Of a stretch of 64,000 nt of DNA, positions 24,346 to 37,413 are shown in pieces; the stretch's first letter is position 1, and the number at the start of each line of letters is the position of its first letter. The notes beneath the pieces are model-generated. The model saw only the letters and a program-made list of their open reading frames with translations, did not search any database and had not been told where the DNA came from. The position numbers and the translations under genes were made by a program. The stretch lies in the NCBI GenBank assembly GCA_964252035.1, contig OZ176204.1. One strand, written 5' to 3'. This DNA comes from Podarcis erhardii. Taxonomy: Eukaryota.

Positions 24346-25344
24346 GTGATCCAACAAGCTCTTGTTATTTTCTCTGTGTTTCCAATTTCCAAGGGGGAGG
24401 TGGGGAAAACCTATGCAGAATGAATCTGTTTTATTTCTCAGTACATATGGATTTCATAATGTATGGACAATGTGGACATGCCAGTTCTGCTGTGTTTTCT
24501 CTCTGCAGATGAAATGGAAAACCAAGATCTCATTTCGTGCTGACGATTGCTCCCTGACTGTGCTCCACTTGAATTGTTTTTCTGCCTTTTTTTGAAAATA
24601 GCACATGCCGAGGTAACTCCTGATGGTTTCATTTTGTTCTGTACTCTGCACAAAAAACAATCAGTGGGGTGGGGGTGGGGGAGCTGTAAAAGCCACATGA
24701 GAAAGCACCACATGTGGGAATACAGGGAACATATGTGTGTGTGTACGTCTAGCAGGGAAGCTTTTATGCTACTAATGTTTCTCTGTACACAGGTTTCCTC
24801 AAGATGGTCGTGACATCCAAAGTGGTCCTAAGTCAATAGCCATATTTGAAATCCATTGAAAGGTGTTAGGAAATGCACACAGCATATCTGCTATACCTCC
24901 AGGAAATGGAAAAGTGAGGCACTTGTTCGCAATGTGCTGAATGTCTCCATTAGTACAGTGATAAATAGGCCATTTGGAGATCAGGTGCACATACTTCTCG
25001 GGTGACATCTGGATATGATTAATTCAATCATTGTTTTGGGGAAAGCAAGTAACTCAGGCAGGGATGGAGGCTGCTTGTGGAGTCATATAGAAGGTGCCTA
25101 TTACCCAGGTCATCTTAGTCTGGCCTTTGTTTCTTTCAAATTATTGTGGCGGGGGCATGCTGAATTCAGAAGAGGGAATTACATTCAAGAGCAAACTTTT
25201 CATAGAACAAAGCGGGGGGGGGGAATGAAAACAGCAAAGTTTTGAGACATTTTCTGTGGTATGATTTCTGTTCCTAAGAGAGTGCTCTCATAAATATGGT
25301 GATAATTATACAGGTGGGAAGATCCTGAATTCTCAGCATTACTA

Positions 25345-25470
25345 ATGTATTATATTTTATCCTGCCTTTCCTCCTCCAAGGCGCTTAGGGATGTGTGCAT
25401 CCTTTCTTCAAAACAACCCTGTGAGGTAGATTAGGTTCAGAAATAATTAGGGGCCTAGGGTGAACCTAGG
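25345..25470 (-). mobile_element. Old MIR-like SINE fragment
   Basis: ATCCTGCCTTTCCTCCTCCAAGG...AACAACCCTGTGAGGTAGATTAGG. Confidence 0.65.
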
Positions 25471-25669
25471 CATCCCTGATCATCATCAAGGCACTGTGTC
25501 CGCCTACACAAATTTGACCCATCTAGCACCAGAGACCTTCCACAAGCCTTTGGTGCCTACCTTCAGCCTTTGAACATGTTTAAGCTGGATCCTGTGGAAC
25601 TGGATGTTTGGTCTCAAAAAGCAGGAGTATCTAACCAGTGCAGCCTGTAATGCAGTAGCAATGTGTTTC

Positions 25670-25800
25670 TTATTGATGTATTGTATATTTATATCCTACT
25701 CTTTTCCTGCAAAGGTGATTAAGGCAGTGCACATGATGTTCCCATGAAATCTTCTCTACAGGGACTAACCAGACCCAGGTCTGCTTAGCTTCAGCAACGT
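25670..25800 (-). mobile_element. 5S rRNA-derived SINE (SINE3-type) remnant with MIR/L2-like tail
   Basis: The reverse complement of 25751-25792, GAAGCTAAGCAGACCTGGGTCTGGTTAGTCCCTGTAGAGAAG, matches the 5S internal control region GAAGCTAAGCAGGGTCGGGCCTGGTTAGTACTTGGATGGGAG at 31/42 by manual alignment. It continues into a GGATATAAAT-A-rich tail. Confidence 0.6.
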
Positions 25801-28059
25801 CATTCTTGCAGACTGTGGCCTTGATGTAAGATCTAAAACTGGGAGGTTAGAATTGTAACAATAAAGAAAATTGAGACTGAGCTGAATTTCTGGTGAGCTT
25901 GAGAGTTTCCGGTTGACATTTGATGAGGAACAATGGTGAAAATTCTTGAGGCAGCTGTTGAAAGTACGACCAAAAATATTTTTCAACAATGGTGAAACCA
26001 AAATGGAATTGGCAATTTCTAAACTGAACCACATATGCACAAGGATGAGAGTGATAGTATTGCAGCCTCTTTAGCCTGCCGCTAATTCCCCTTATAAATA
26101 AAGGCTTGTTCACTGAACCTCTTAATTTGTCTTCTCTTATAGTGAGGTTAAGGCTGGTCATGTCTGCTTCCTGTGTTATGGCTCTGTTCAAAGGAATGCT
26201 ACTGCATGTCCTTCTCATGACGAAAATTGTAGCCCAAGAAGGATTTGTAATGGCCGCATTTGTATTCCTATCTGTGTGACTTTCCTGCCTAACAGACTGA
26301 TTGGGATTGGTTGAAATCATAGCAAGAGATATGGCAGTGTCCATGTGAACTGGTTCTCAACCAAGCCAAAGGTGAGAAGCAAATAGATACTTGCATACAC
26401 ACTTGTAAGCGTATCTACATACAAAAACACTTGTTGAAGAAACATGGAGCTATTCAGTGGTGGCAACACCAGGTCACAGAATATTGCATCATCTCTTCCT
26501 TTGCTTTTTACATGGTGATTCCAGGAAACTGAGCCTTCATCCTGATTTGTTTCCAAGGAGATTAGATGAAGTTGGCTATTTAATGAACATTCATTTGTTT
26601 GCAGGGAGGTTAGATGATGTTGCCTCAAAGCAAGTGTTATCTCACACTTTCCAGTGCATTTCCCCATAACTTTCCTTATCCCAGGAAGCCTGATCTTTTG
26701 CAGAGGTGCTTTTGTTGCACAAGACCTCCCAACCGCAGCCTGACTTTGCCAGTTTGTAATCAAATCCCTCCTGAAAATAGCTGCAGCCTGGAAGCACCCA
26801 CAGTTGCCTGAATTTCTTGATCACTTTAGGTTGCCTCCAAACCATCTGTATTTTATGAGAGGGATCCAAATGTATAATGGCAATTTAGGAAGTGGATTAA
26901 AGCACTCTGTCACCTGGATAAAACAAATCTACTTTGGAGAGAAGCAAACTTTTCCAGTTAGTTTCCTAACTGCAAATGTACCAAAACGTGTGGAATGAAT
27001 GAATGTGAGGCAATGTACCAAAAAGTATGGAATGAATGAGTGACTGATGAGGAAATTAGAAAAATCAAACAAGAAAACCTGGATGAATGCTCATTGTTGT
27101 ATAACCTCCTCCCTGCTAACAAAATCAAAACAAACACTCAATAAAGACCAAACATAGTATAACCTCTGCGTAAACTTGGTGCAAGGAAATCAGGTGTGGA
27201 TGCTCAATAGCAGGTCATCTGGAGGAACCTTCCACTTTACAGACTTCTAGAAGAGTGTTCCATTCCTTGTCAAAGCTTTAGTATGCCTTTCCTTTATACA
27301 CCAGCTAAACAGATTTCTGTTGTGGTGATTATGTAGTCATGTGTCATTTCAGAAAACTTCATTAAAAATAAGTTCTATTGTGATTTAACTGTCCCAGTGG
27401 CTTCCGGTAAATTTCCAAGTTCCAGCTGGCCACACAGGGCTTACTTTAGTAAAGTATAACACATTGTTAGGTTTTCCTGATAAAGTCTGCTCTTTGTGAT
27501 TCAGCAAACCTCTTCCTCTCCACGCAACTGGCATCTTCATTGTTAGGCACCCCAGAGGTACACAAATCAAAATGGAGTGCACTCAGATGAAAAAGGTATT
27601 CCCAATCATACATGCAGATTACACATTACTCATGCAGTAAAAGAAACAAACACTGTGAATTACACAAATTTAAGTCTGAAGAGTGAACTGTGCCTTATTT
27701 GCAGCTTTAAAAACAATTTGGCTATTGTTGCTAGATTCTGCGGCCCTTCGCATCATCCATCACATAAGGCTGTCTCTAGACTACAATAATATAATGTAAT
27801 ATGATCTACATCCTAAGCCCATTTACTTGAAAGTAAGTTCCATTTAAATCAAATATTTACTTCCAAGAACGATGGAGATGCCAGGTGCCTGTCTTGCAAA
27901 ATTATTTCACATTCATTCTCCCTTAAATATTGAAACATAAACGGCAAACAAAGAAAGGTCAGATAGCAGATGGGAAGGGATGCACATTCATGGGCCAATG
28001 GACCATATGGAAGGGCAGGTCCCACAATAAGCAAAAGCAATAAGATGAAGTGTTCATCT

Positions 28060-28620
28060 ACAGGTGTCTCCCCAGTTACATGGGGGTTATGTTACCAAGT
28101 ACTGCATGTATACGTGAAATTGTGTATAGTGGGGAACACCATCTAAGAAGCCTGTAAACACCCTCTAAACCTCTGGAAACCCTTGGAAACCCCCTTTAAA
28201 ATGCAGCAGCACTTACCAGACTGGCATGAATGGTGGCAATGGTGGTTCTCAGTCTTCCACATCTCTGGTACCCTGATGTGCTTGGCTGTGGATCAGATTC
28301 CAAATGGGACATATAAACATCAAAAAGGAAGGGGAGATCCCAGAGGGCCTGCTCCTTCCACCTTAATTTTCAGCCCTCCAAACAGAAGCACCATTTGAGG
28401 CAGCTGCAGCCACCACCATCTTAATCTCCCCAGAATGTCTTTGTGCCTCATCATACGGCCAAGAGACATTCTGTAGAAATCAAGATGGCGGCTCAGGCTA
28501 TCCCCAGTGCTGTCAGATCTGTTGCCTTCTAATAAATCCACAGTGGAGGCCATCAGGGCAGTGCTGAAGAGGCCAGAAAGCACCTTACCCATACACCCGC
28601 TAATACTTGGCACTGGTCCT
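28060..28620. mobile_element. Possible decayed Tc1/mariner (Tigger-like) non-autonomous element
   Basis: Starts TA-CAGGTGTCTCCCAGTTACATGGGGGTTATGTT, resembling Tigger-type termini; the right end is poorly defined. Confidence 0.3.
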
Positions 28621-29031
28621 GATGTTGTGGTTGGTCTTCATTAACCAGTAACACTATGGTTATGCCAAATTATGCCAATGGAACTTATGTAAACCACATC
28701 AAAAACAAATGGACAATGCAAAAACAGTCACAAAAAAGCCCCACCTACTGATTTTTGAACTCCCCCCCTCGTTGCTTTTTATAGCTACAAGAAAGACCCT
28801 TGCAAACAGTGAGAAAGAACCCAACCTCTCCAACCACACTGTCATTTCATGACCACTCATTTAAATGTCATAGACAAGTGTCAAGATCAGAACCTGGAAA
28901 ACAATGAAACATAGATTACAGCACTGTTTATCTTGGCTAGATCCCTATGCCAAGGTAAGGCATTCTATACCTGAGCTATTACTCACTCAAAGTGCCCTGC
29001 CTAGTCTTTTCCTGAAAATCTTCAAGGATGA

Positions 29032-29196
29032 NNNNNNNNNNNNNNNNNNNNNNNNNNNNNNNNNNNNNNNNNNNNNNNNNNNNNNNNNNNNNNNNNNNNN
29101 NNNNNNNNNNNNNNNNNNNNNNNNNNNNNNNNNNNNNNNNNNNNNNNNNNNNNNNNNNNNNNNNNNNNNNNNNNNNNNNNNNNNNNNNNNNNNNNN
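29032..29196. other. Assembly gap (165 N)
   Basis: Run of N. Confidence 1.
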
Positions 29197-29701
29197 TTCA
29201 ACCCAAGGGCTCCCAGGATAGTAAACAACAATCCATTAAAACACAACAAATCAATAGAATATAAAAGTAATGCCAACAACAGCATTATAAAACAGCAAAA
29301 AAAACCATGACTCTTCATATCTAGCAGCTAATCAAACTGCTCTTAAGTGACCCATCCCATAAACCAGCTAACGCAAATGAACAGTCATTTAAAAAAACAC
29401 ATAATTATTTAGGACAATCGTATGCACTCATTTGAGTCACTGGGATTTGTGGCTGATGTAGGCAGCTATCTGTCTTGTGTTTATTCCTATGCCTGTGGGA
29501 CCTGCTCCTGATTAGAGAAGAACAAGCCAGATAAACCAAGCTTTGTGTGGCATTGCAAACTATCCCAGTGTGGGTTCTGCTGGTGTGTGCAAAATATAAC
29601 TTCTGCTCATGGTAAATGAGACGAGTAACCCACTTGCCATAAGCAGGGAGGCACCACAACAGTCAGAGGTGGGGAGAAGGACCAGGAGAAACCATATGAA
29701 G

Positions 29702-29886
29702 CTTCTGAAGTCTCTCAGCCCCACTCACCTCACAGAGTATTTGTTGTGGGGGAGGAAGCGAAAGGAGATTGTTAGCCGCTTTGAGACTCCTTAGGATAGT
29801 GATAAAGCGGGATGTCAAATCCAAACTCCTCCTCTTCTTCTTCTTCTTCTTCTTCTTCTTCTTCTTCTTCTTCTTCTTCTTCTTCC
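29702..29886 (+). mobile_element. Squam3-like SINE, 5'-truncated, with long (CTT)n tail
   Basis: Matches the reverse complement of 13562-13690 and ends CAAATCCAAACTC-(CTT)n at 29826-29886. Confidence 0.85.
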
Positions 29887-30034
29887 TAATCATGAGTCAG
29901 GCCAACAGTCTATTTAGCCCTGCATATATTATATATTAAGCATAAGCAAAAAAACTTTAAAAAGAAATAATGTTTATATGTCCCTTAACGCCCCCACCCA
30001 AAAAAATATTCCCTTATCATGTATTTCATATGTA

Positions 30035-30292
30035 CCGTATTTTTCGCTCTATAAGACGCACCAGACCACAAGATGCACCTAGTTTTTGGAGGAGGGAAAC
30101 AAGAAAAAAAATATTCTGAGTCTCAGAAGCCAGAACAGCAAGAGGGATCCCTGCACAGTGAAAGCAGCAATCCCTCTTGCTGTTCTGGCTTCTAGGATAG
30201 CTGCGCAGCCTGCATTCGCTCCATAAGATGCACACACATTTCCCCTTACTTTTTAGGAGGGAAAAGTGAGTCTTATAGAGCAAAAAATACGG
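30035..30292. mobile_element. Tc1/mariner (pogo/Tc2-like) MITE
   Basis: TIRs CCGTATTTTTCGCTCTATAAGAC / GTCTTATAGAGCAAAAAATACGG (22/23); left TA flank; internal 24-bp perfect inverted repeat. Confidence 0.85.
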
Positions 30293-30414
30293 TTCTTTTT
30301 TATTCTAGCTGTGGCTCTCTGTGGTTACAAGCAAAGTGTCTCTCCCAGTTCTGCTACCCAAGGTCATTTAACTGGAGGTTATAGCTGCAGATCTCTGCGT
30401 GTGCTTGACCATGA

Positions 30415-30500
30415 CAACACAACCCTATGCATGCTTACTTGGAAGCCCAATTGCTTTCAATGGGACTTCCTCCTTAATGTGTCTTTAGGGTTACAACCTG
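30415..30500. mobile_element. ~90-bp palindromic MITE
   Basis: AACCCTATGCATGCTTACTTGGAAGCCCAATTGCTTTCAATGGGAC...AGGGTT. Confidence 0.55.
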
Positions 30501-32427
30501 ACTTATGGTCTCTCTAGTGAGACAAATGTGATCACCAACTCTCCATCTATTTGTTTAGATGAAACTAGATTGTCGATTGGGCAGATAGTGAAGAACTTCT
30601 TCCTAATCTTTTAGCCAACCTTCCTGTTCCCTGACACTTTTCTCAGGAGGCTTTCCTATTTTTATTTCTACTATTTATGTATTTTATACAGCACAATTAA
30701 TGCTGGTGGTAATTCATGTCCATGGGAGAAACAGCAGTGGGGGTTAACACTGTGAGCCCCTTCATCATATGTCCAGGTTGTACTTGTGTGTAAATAAAGG
30801 AAATATCATAAAGACGCCACAATCTCCGCTGTCCCTCGTTCCAAGGAAACCAAACCCCGGGTTAAGTGCCTAGAACCCTTGAATCTCACACCACTCTGAG
30901 ATTGGGGTGGCATGTAATAATACTTAAATGGTCCATTTTAGCAGGAAATGGTAAAGCATATGCCTAGTTCTCCCATATAAATCAATGGGGTGTGTATATG
31001 CTGGACTTTGGCTGTTTTGTGCCCAGAGTAAACAGTTCCATACATTCACATAGACATCACCATCAATCTCTCTCCTGAAAAATGGTCATAATGATAATGT
31101 GATCTTTATAGTGACCACTAACCACATTGTTAAGTGATGAACATGGGGTTGTTTTTGACCTGTGCACTCTTAACATTTTTCTTTGCTCTTATTGGTTCCT
31201 TGTTTTCACACCAAGCACTGCAAATGCTCATTGTTCTGGAAATGATCCTATAGAAAAAAAAGATAAATATTAGATGCATCCATATATTACAGTGTATACT
31301 ATGCTCTATGGAACACTGTATTATGCTTATTGCTGTTCCTGTGATAAATAGACCTACCTTAAGAACAATTTATTCATATATTAATGTGCCTTGTGGGATA
31401 CATAATCAGCTTCATTAGAGGACATTATTATGGTAAATCTCTGCAAAAACATCTTGCATAACAAGACAACAAGATCAATAAAAAGCCTCATCATATGTGT
31501 ATAATATTGGTAAAAGGCCGTGGATTTTACAAATGTTAATACTGAGTTCTTTTTAAACTGTGCTCACAAAAATGCTGTGGTATTCAATTGCAATTCAGGT
31601 TGTACAAGGATGTTAAGAACTTGCACCTCAACAGCATCCCTTCACCAGTGCACTATATCAAGGAAGCCACTTCAGAGAGCAAGTATGTATGTGATTCCCT
31701 GCTGGTCTTCCCTCCTACCCACCCACCCAACATCTCATACTTGGTAGATTAGTAGTTTGTTTGTTTTTTAACCTTATCTACTAGTGCAAATGTCCAATCA
31801 GAGCCCTTCTCTATTTTAGGCAATGTCAGATGATGTGTACCACAGTAATTTTACTAGGAAGGTAGTTAAGCAAAGTAAGCACAAATATATCAGGTTATCT
31901 ACATGGCAATCAATCCAGTCTCCAAGTTGCCTTCTTGTATGAGGCTTCTTGGCACAAATGCTTCTTGGCTTCATCATTCTCTGATCACATTACAATAGGG
32001 AATGAAAGTCATGTGATTCATTGAATACATATTTTCCATAAGCTTGTTCCAGTGCCTTGAATCATGTTTACATTCACAGTTATTCCAAAACAACCATCCA
32101 TTATCATCCATCGCTGGTGTCTGATGTGATAGTTAACAGCTTTCTGCATTTTAAGTGAAGTTCTACATGAAATCTGAATTATTATTGGGCTTAAATATCG
32201 TAACACATTATTTAAATGCAAATTCTACCTGAAAAATTCCATCTTGTTGCTACAGTCACTAGTAAACAGCCAGAGACCAAACAACCTGTATTCCTAACTC
32301 TTTTTAGACCTGTGGTTGTTGGCAGTAATTTCAACCTTAATGTCTATAAACCATTAGTACCTGCAATAATCTCTGCCCTAGCCAGTTGATCCAATTGCTG
32401 ATAGTGCAGTTCAGTCATAAAAACAGG

Positions 32428-32765
32428 ACTGGGGAAACTCCAGATGTTGTTGGCTTACAACTCCCATTATCCCTGACCATGGGCCATATTCAGTGGTGGG
32501 TGGAGCCCAGTAGGACCAGAAGATAGGTAAGTCAACAGTAGGTGGAGCCAGTGGCAATGACAGGTGGAACCAACTAATTCTAATTCTGTCTCTGTAGTCC
32601 TTCCTGCTGAGTTCCACTACAGCAACACTGAGACTAAGATGGAGGAAGCTGACAAACAGTGGGTTCACCCCAATGGACCAGCCTCCATTGGTCATACTGA
32701 CTAGTGGAATAATGGGAGTTGCAGTCCAAAAACATCTAGAGGGTTACAGTTTCCCCATCTCTGCA
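32428..32765. mobile_element. GACTACAACTCCC-family MITE split by a 200-bp hAT-like insert (32491-32690)
   Basis: Left arm to 32490 and right arm from 32691; insert ends CAGTGG...CCATTG; diverged 8-bp TSD GCCATATT / GTCATACT. Confidence 0.65.
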
Positions 32766-35700
32766 CAAATGCCCTCCTAATACAACTCCAAGTTTGCCAA
32801 ACTGTGCCCCATATCCTTGCATCTCCCAAGCTCTCTTCAGCTCTCATATCTCTTCAGCTCTTGCCTAGCTATACCCCAGATTTGCTTCATGTCACTGCAG
32901 TCTTGCATTCCCTTCTTCTTGGCCTTTCCTGCACCACCAGTCTTCTTATATTTGAGTGGAACCTGATCCCTGACATTGCTGAAACATTTTCCCTTTGAAC
33001 ATTGGGGCTTGGTGGAAAGATTCTTTGGGGCAAAATTTTAATGTGTGCTAGATTTAGGTCTAGGCTAAATCCTGCTGTGCTACAATTTACCACTTGTTAA
33101 TTCCCCTTTACAAAAGCCAACTGGAAAACCTTCCCTTGAGTCATTCTGGCCTGAAAAATTTAAAACCATTTGCAAAAAAACCACCACTTTTAAAATGACC
33201 AATCAGGTTTTGTCTTGAACCCTGATGTAGCAATATGACAATCCTCAGCATGAGCAAAACTAACTCACACACTAGGTTACCTAAGAAAAATTACCTGAAG
33301 AGTTAAGTCTCAGCCATTCAATATATGGTCTGTGGCCAACTGTAATGCCAGAAAAAGCCCCAGATCCCATTTTTTAAAGCAACATTTGCTTTTCCCCATA
33401 GAAAGTTGCTTAAGTCTCTTGTCTAAGTCATCTGGAACTATTTACTCTGTTGGAATGTTTATGCATTGCACCTGTTCTCTTATTGTGCCTGTCTGGACTC
33501 AAGCCCACAGTGAGTCTTGAACTGGCAACCTCCCGAATCTCTCTGGCAGGGCTTCAGTTTGTTCTTCACACACCCACTCAGCTCTGGCCAAAATAAGAAA
33601 CTGATATGAGTCCAGCCACAATAGTCAAGGAAGCCTCTTTGTACCATTAGGTCAGGCTCCGTACCCTGCAATGCTTATAAAAACCTCTGGGTCAGGTTTG
33701 CTTACTGGCCTGAACAAATAGGAAACCTGTTCTGGCTAGAGACTGTTGTCACTTGGTTTCCCTCGTCCGTCTCAACTTCTCCTGCCTCAGTTTCAGAGTT
33801 GGGTCTGACAGCAGCCTTTTGTGTGAGAAATCATAATATACAGTGTGGCCTTTGGGCCAAATGGATTTCTTGCCCCTTCTAGTACTGTGGCATTATGAAA
33901 AGGGCATCCTAATACAGTAAACCAGGTGTGACTCCTGTGTGAGAACTCTTCTAGGGCAAAATTATTGCTAATAAGAAACAGTTCAATTTGGAAACAGCAC
34001 AGCAGCTCTATGGATCATCAATAAATGTCCTGTTTTTGCAACTTGAACAGGCCTGGAATAAGCAAAACAGATCTGTAGGCTGTTTATATCTGTATGGAAT
34101 ATAAAGACACTGCCTTTGGCTTAATGGCATGTGATCTGAATAAGACCTCTGCTCTGCACACTGTGATACCAGCACCCAGATGGCCTAAATATCAAAGCCA
34201 CCTGAGCTCTTTACAGTCACAGCTTAGATGCTGGGATGCAACCTTTATTATGTCGTGAAGTTGTATCAAAGCAGATGCTTGTCTGTCCTACACAGTAGTC
34301 TCCTGGTTGGAACAAGCCCTTCTGTGCAATAAGCAGATCCACATTGATTTCCACACAGTCCTCCCCCCCCCCACTTTTTTAACAGACAGGCAAGATAAAG
34401 TAGGTCAAATAGATTTCCAAGCACAAATCAAAATAGAGAAGCAATTTGTGTATCAGCCGCTTCTAATAGATTCTTTGTTATTTTCATACACCTGGCGCAT
34501 TGCAGCTGAATGGAGGTTTCAAATTCTTCTATCAATACAGATGATGCTTGAAGTTTGATGGGGAAATAAATGATGATTTGCCAGTTAGGTCTCCTAACAG
34601 AGGTAGACAAGGATGCTGAGTACCACGGATAAAGCCATTCTTTAAAAAAAAGGATTTGAAAGAAAGGATTTGTTTCGTTAATTGTTTTAATGAATTTCCC
34701 ACAAGGTATAGGTTAAAACAAACAAACCCTGTGGCCTACGTTAATGATCAAAAGTTAAGAAACTCTTTGGAAATAACTAAGAAAAGGGATGATAAATTAT
34801 ACCAAAAGACCGAATCCCTATTGTTTCGCCATTTATACACATTTAAAATGCAATTTTATGTGTCATTAGTAACATGCGTGTACCCATTGGCTGTCAATGA
34901 GATTTGCCAAAGCATAACTGATGACAGGTTTGCATCCTCGGAGACTGAAAGTGTTATCAGACATGAAGTTTAAATAGTTGCTTGTGCTTCTCTCATGCTA
35001 TTTATGTGAGTGTGTAATCCTTGTTAAGTGCAAAACGGGAAGGAAAAGAGAGACATTTGTCATTTGAATGAGCATTCTGGCCAGCACAGGCTTCACATCT
35101 GCATTACAAAGCAATATTTTAAAAAACACTACAAGTCTCATGTGTGAAAAGACCCAGAGGATGGAAAAGTTTTCAAGCATTGACATCTTGCCTCCAAGGG
35201 ACACCGCCAGCACAAATCCTGTTGACTTCAGTGACACCGCCAGTTGAGGGCATTGTGAGGACTAAGCTGTTCTTTATGACAATTTGTATTATGCTCTGCA
35301 TTCGCTTTGTCATATTAAAATAGGTTCAGTATTCTAAACGGGATATCCATTACTAGGGCATTAGGGCACTACAGCTGAAGCCTTTTGAGGCAGAATGAAA
35401 ATGGCAGTGCACTTATACTAAGCTGTTTCTAGCAGACATTCAAATGTGACTTACAATCTAAGCAGTATTAGAAATAGATACCAGTGCTCTCTACAGGAGT
35501 CACAGCAGAGACAAGGATGTAGAGTCGGTGTCCACACACTTTCTCAATTAATTAATTTTAGTTCTGGTTTGGATTATAGTGCTCATAGAGTTAAGGTGAA
35601 TAGCAAAAACAAAGCGCCTTCATGATAACCCTTAATGTACTACAGCTTATAAAAATGGCGGGGAAAATGGCAGGAAAATAATTAAGTAGGAAATGGCTGG

Positions 35701-37229
35701 ATGGGAATTGGGGCACTCAGTATCACAGAATGTTAGAGGTTCCCAAGTTTCGCCAACAGATTGTGTGGCTACGGTATCTTGAGTGCAGCCTAACTATTCA
35801 AATCAGATCATGATAGTAAAATCTATTACTAGTCAAGTGTTCCTTGAAGAAATGTTATGTTGGGTCTTTTTACCAGATCAGAGTACACAAAACTTTATGT
35901 GTATTATGATTTAGATTCAAACGAAGCGGGAAAGTGTGGAGAGGGAGACGGATTGTGAAATTTTACCAATTTTGTTCTCTCTTGCTTTGTATGACTATCT
36001 GAAGTATTAGAGTGTCATATTTAAGATATTGCTAATAATATGTATTAAAGTCTTGTGTGAGTAAGCTAGTTGTAGGCTTCCAGTGCAAACTAGGATTTAA
36101 GCATGCCTTCCAGGGAGGCTTTTATTACATCCCCAGAGAGGTCTCCGGGGTAAGAGACAGGCTAGTATTCATAAGCCAACTGCAGATAAGGGCGCACCTT
36201 TTCTGCTTCATATGATAGGCATGGTTGTCAGACAAGCTGTGCATTGTTTGAGTCTTTTTCTGTATTTGCGTGACTTATAATACTGCGGGTATTAGTGTGA
36301 AGCCCACAGTGTACTGCCAAATGATCTAGGTTGCACTGTACATGCTATGCCTCATACCAGAACTGCAACTTGTCCCAGAATTAGGGAACCAACAGTTCCA
36401 CTTATGCGAATCAAAGGATGTGGGGACAAAGCATCTCAGTATCACTTACAAATTACTGAAACACAGCGTTGAAGAGACTTGCGGGCATCAGCTCTTAGAA
36501 AGGAATTTGGTCAGCTATACTTTCCATTCACAACACAGTAAGATGACTCTTCTCTTGGTGACAACTCCTTTCCCCTTCTGCAACTCAAGTGAGCTTTGGG
36601 TCTGTGCCACAGTTTGAACTAGCCACTTAACATAGTCACACAATTTATTTATAGCAAAGTAAGCCCTCCTGTGCTTTCTGCTGAACAGAGTTGGGGCAGT
36701 TCATCTGCATGATGGAGAACCCATCAGCTGCAAGGTAGGTTAGGTTTATTATCCAATGAATAGGTGACTTTGCTATGAACATGTGAAATGGCAAGCTGAC
36801 TGCAGTGCGGGACTGCTGGGTTGCCATACATATATATTAGAATATATATTGAAGGAAGAACAAACACCGCACCAGTGACAAATCTTTAAATAAACTTGTA
36901 CTTGTGTTGAGCTGTCTGTTTCTTTAATCTACTTAATACATTCCCCTTGGAGAGGGAGAATGGAGCTGAAACCTTTTTATTTTAAAATGTGCACATAAAA
37001 ACAATGAATGGAGAGACATCAGTGGATCACAGTAAAGAATATTTTCATCTTCCTGCATTTTGATTGCCAATGAAATAACTAGATTTGACCCATTTTCCAC
37101 AATCAAGTTCTCTTTTCAGTAACTGAAATGGAACTGAATAAAGGTTATTGGTTTGACCCAGCTAAAAATTGTCGTGCTTTCTAAAGACACCATAGTCACA
37201 ACCACCACTATTTAGGGCCCAGGGTCCAT

Positions 37230-37413
37230 AGAAACTTCTTAACAAGAATAACTGCTCAGTTGTTGAACGGAGAGGTGGTGAGTTCTTATTTGTTGCAGGG
37301 CGTTGACAGCCATCTGTCAGGGATGCTGTAGCAGCATCTTTCGTCCCAGACCTGCATTCAGCCGCGGGTTTAGCTAGATGATCTCCAAAGTCCCTTCCAA
37401 CTCGATGAGTCTA
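37230..37413 (+). mobile_element. CR1 LINE 3' end
   Basis: Ends CTAGATGATCTCCAAAGTCCCTTCCAACTCGATGAGTCTA. Confidence 0.7.

Noticed and set aside
25751-25792. 5S rRNA gene
   Set aside because: Only ~42 nt of diverged similarity, joined to a retroposon tail, with no full 120-nt gene.
26975-27040. Short local tandem duplications (37-bp period here; 14-bp period at 5241-5280; also 8470-8490 and 41400-41420)
   Set aside because: Two to three copies only, consistent with ordinary slippage; they are not spacer-repeat arrays.
28904-29318. ORFs spanning the first N gap
   Set aside because: Artefacts of translating Ns.
34616-34636. REST/NRSE-like motif CTGAGTACCACGGATAAAGCC
   Set aside because: 15/21 match, with mismatches at normally invariant positions of both half sites.
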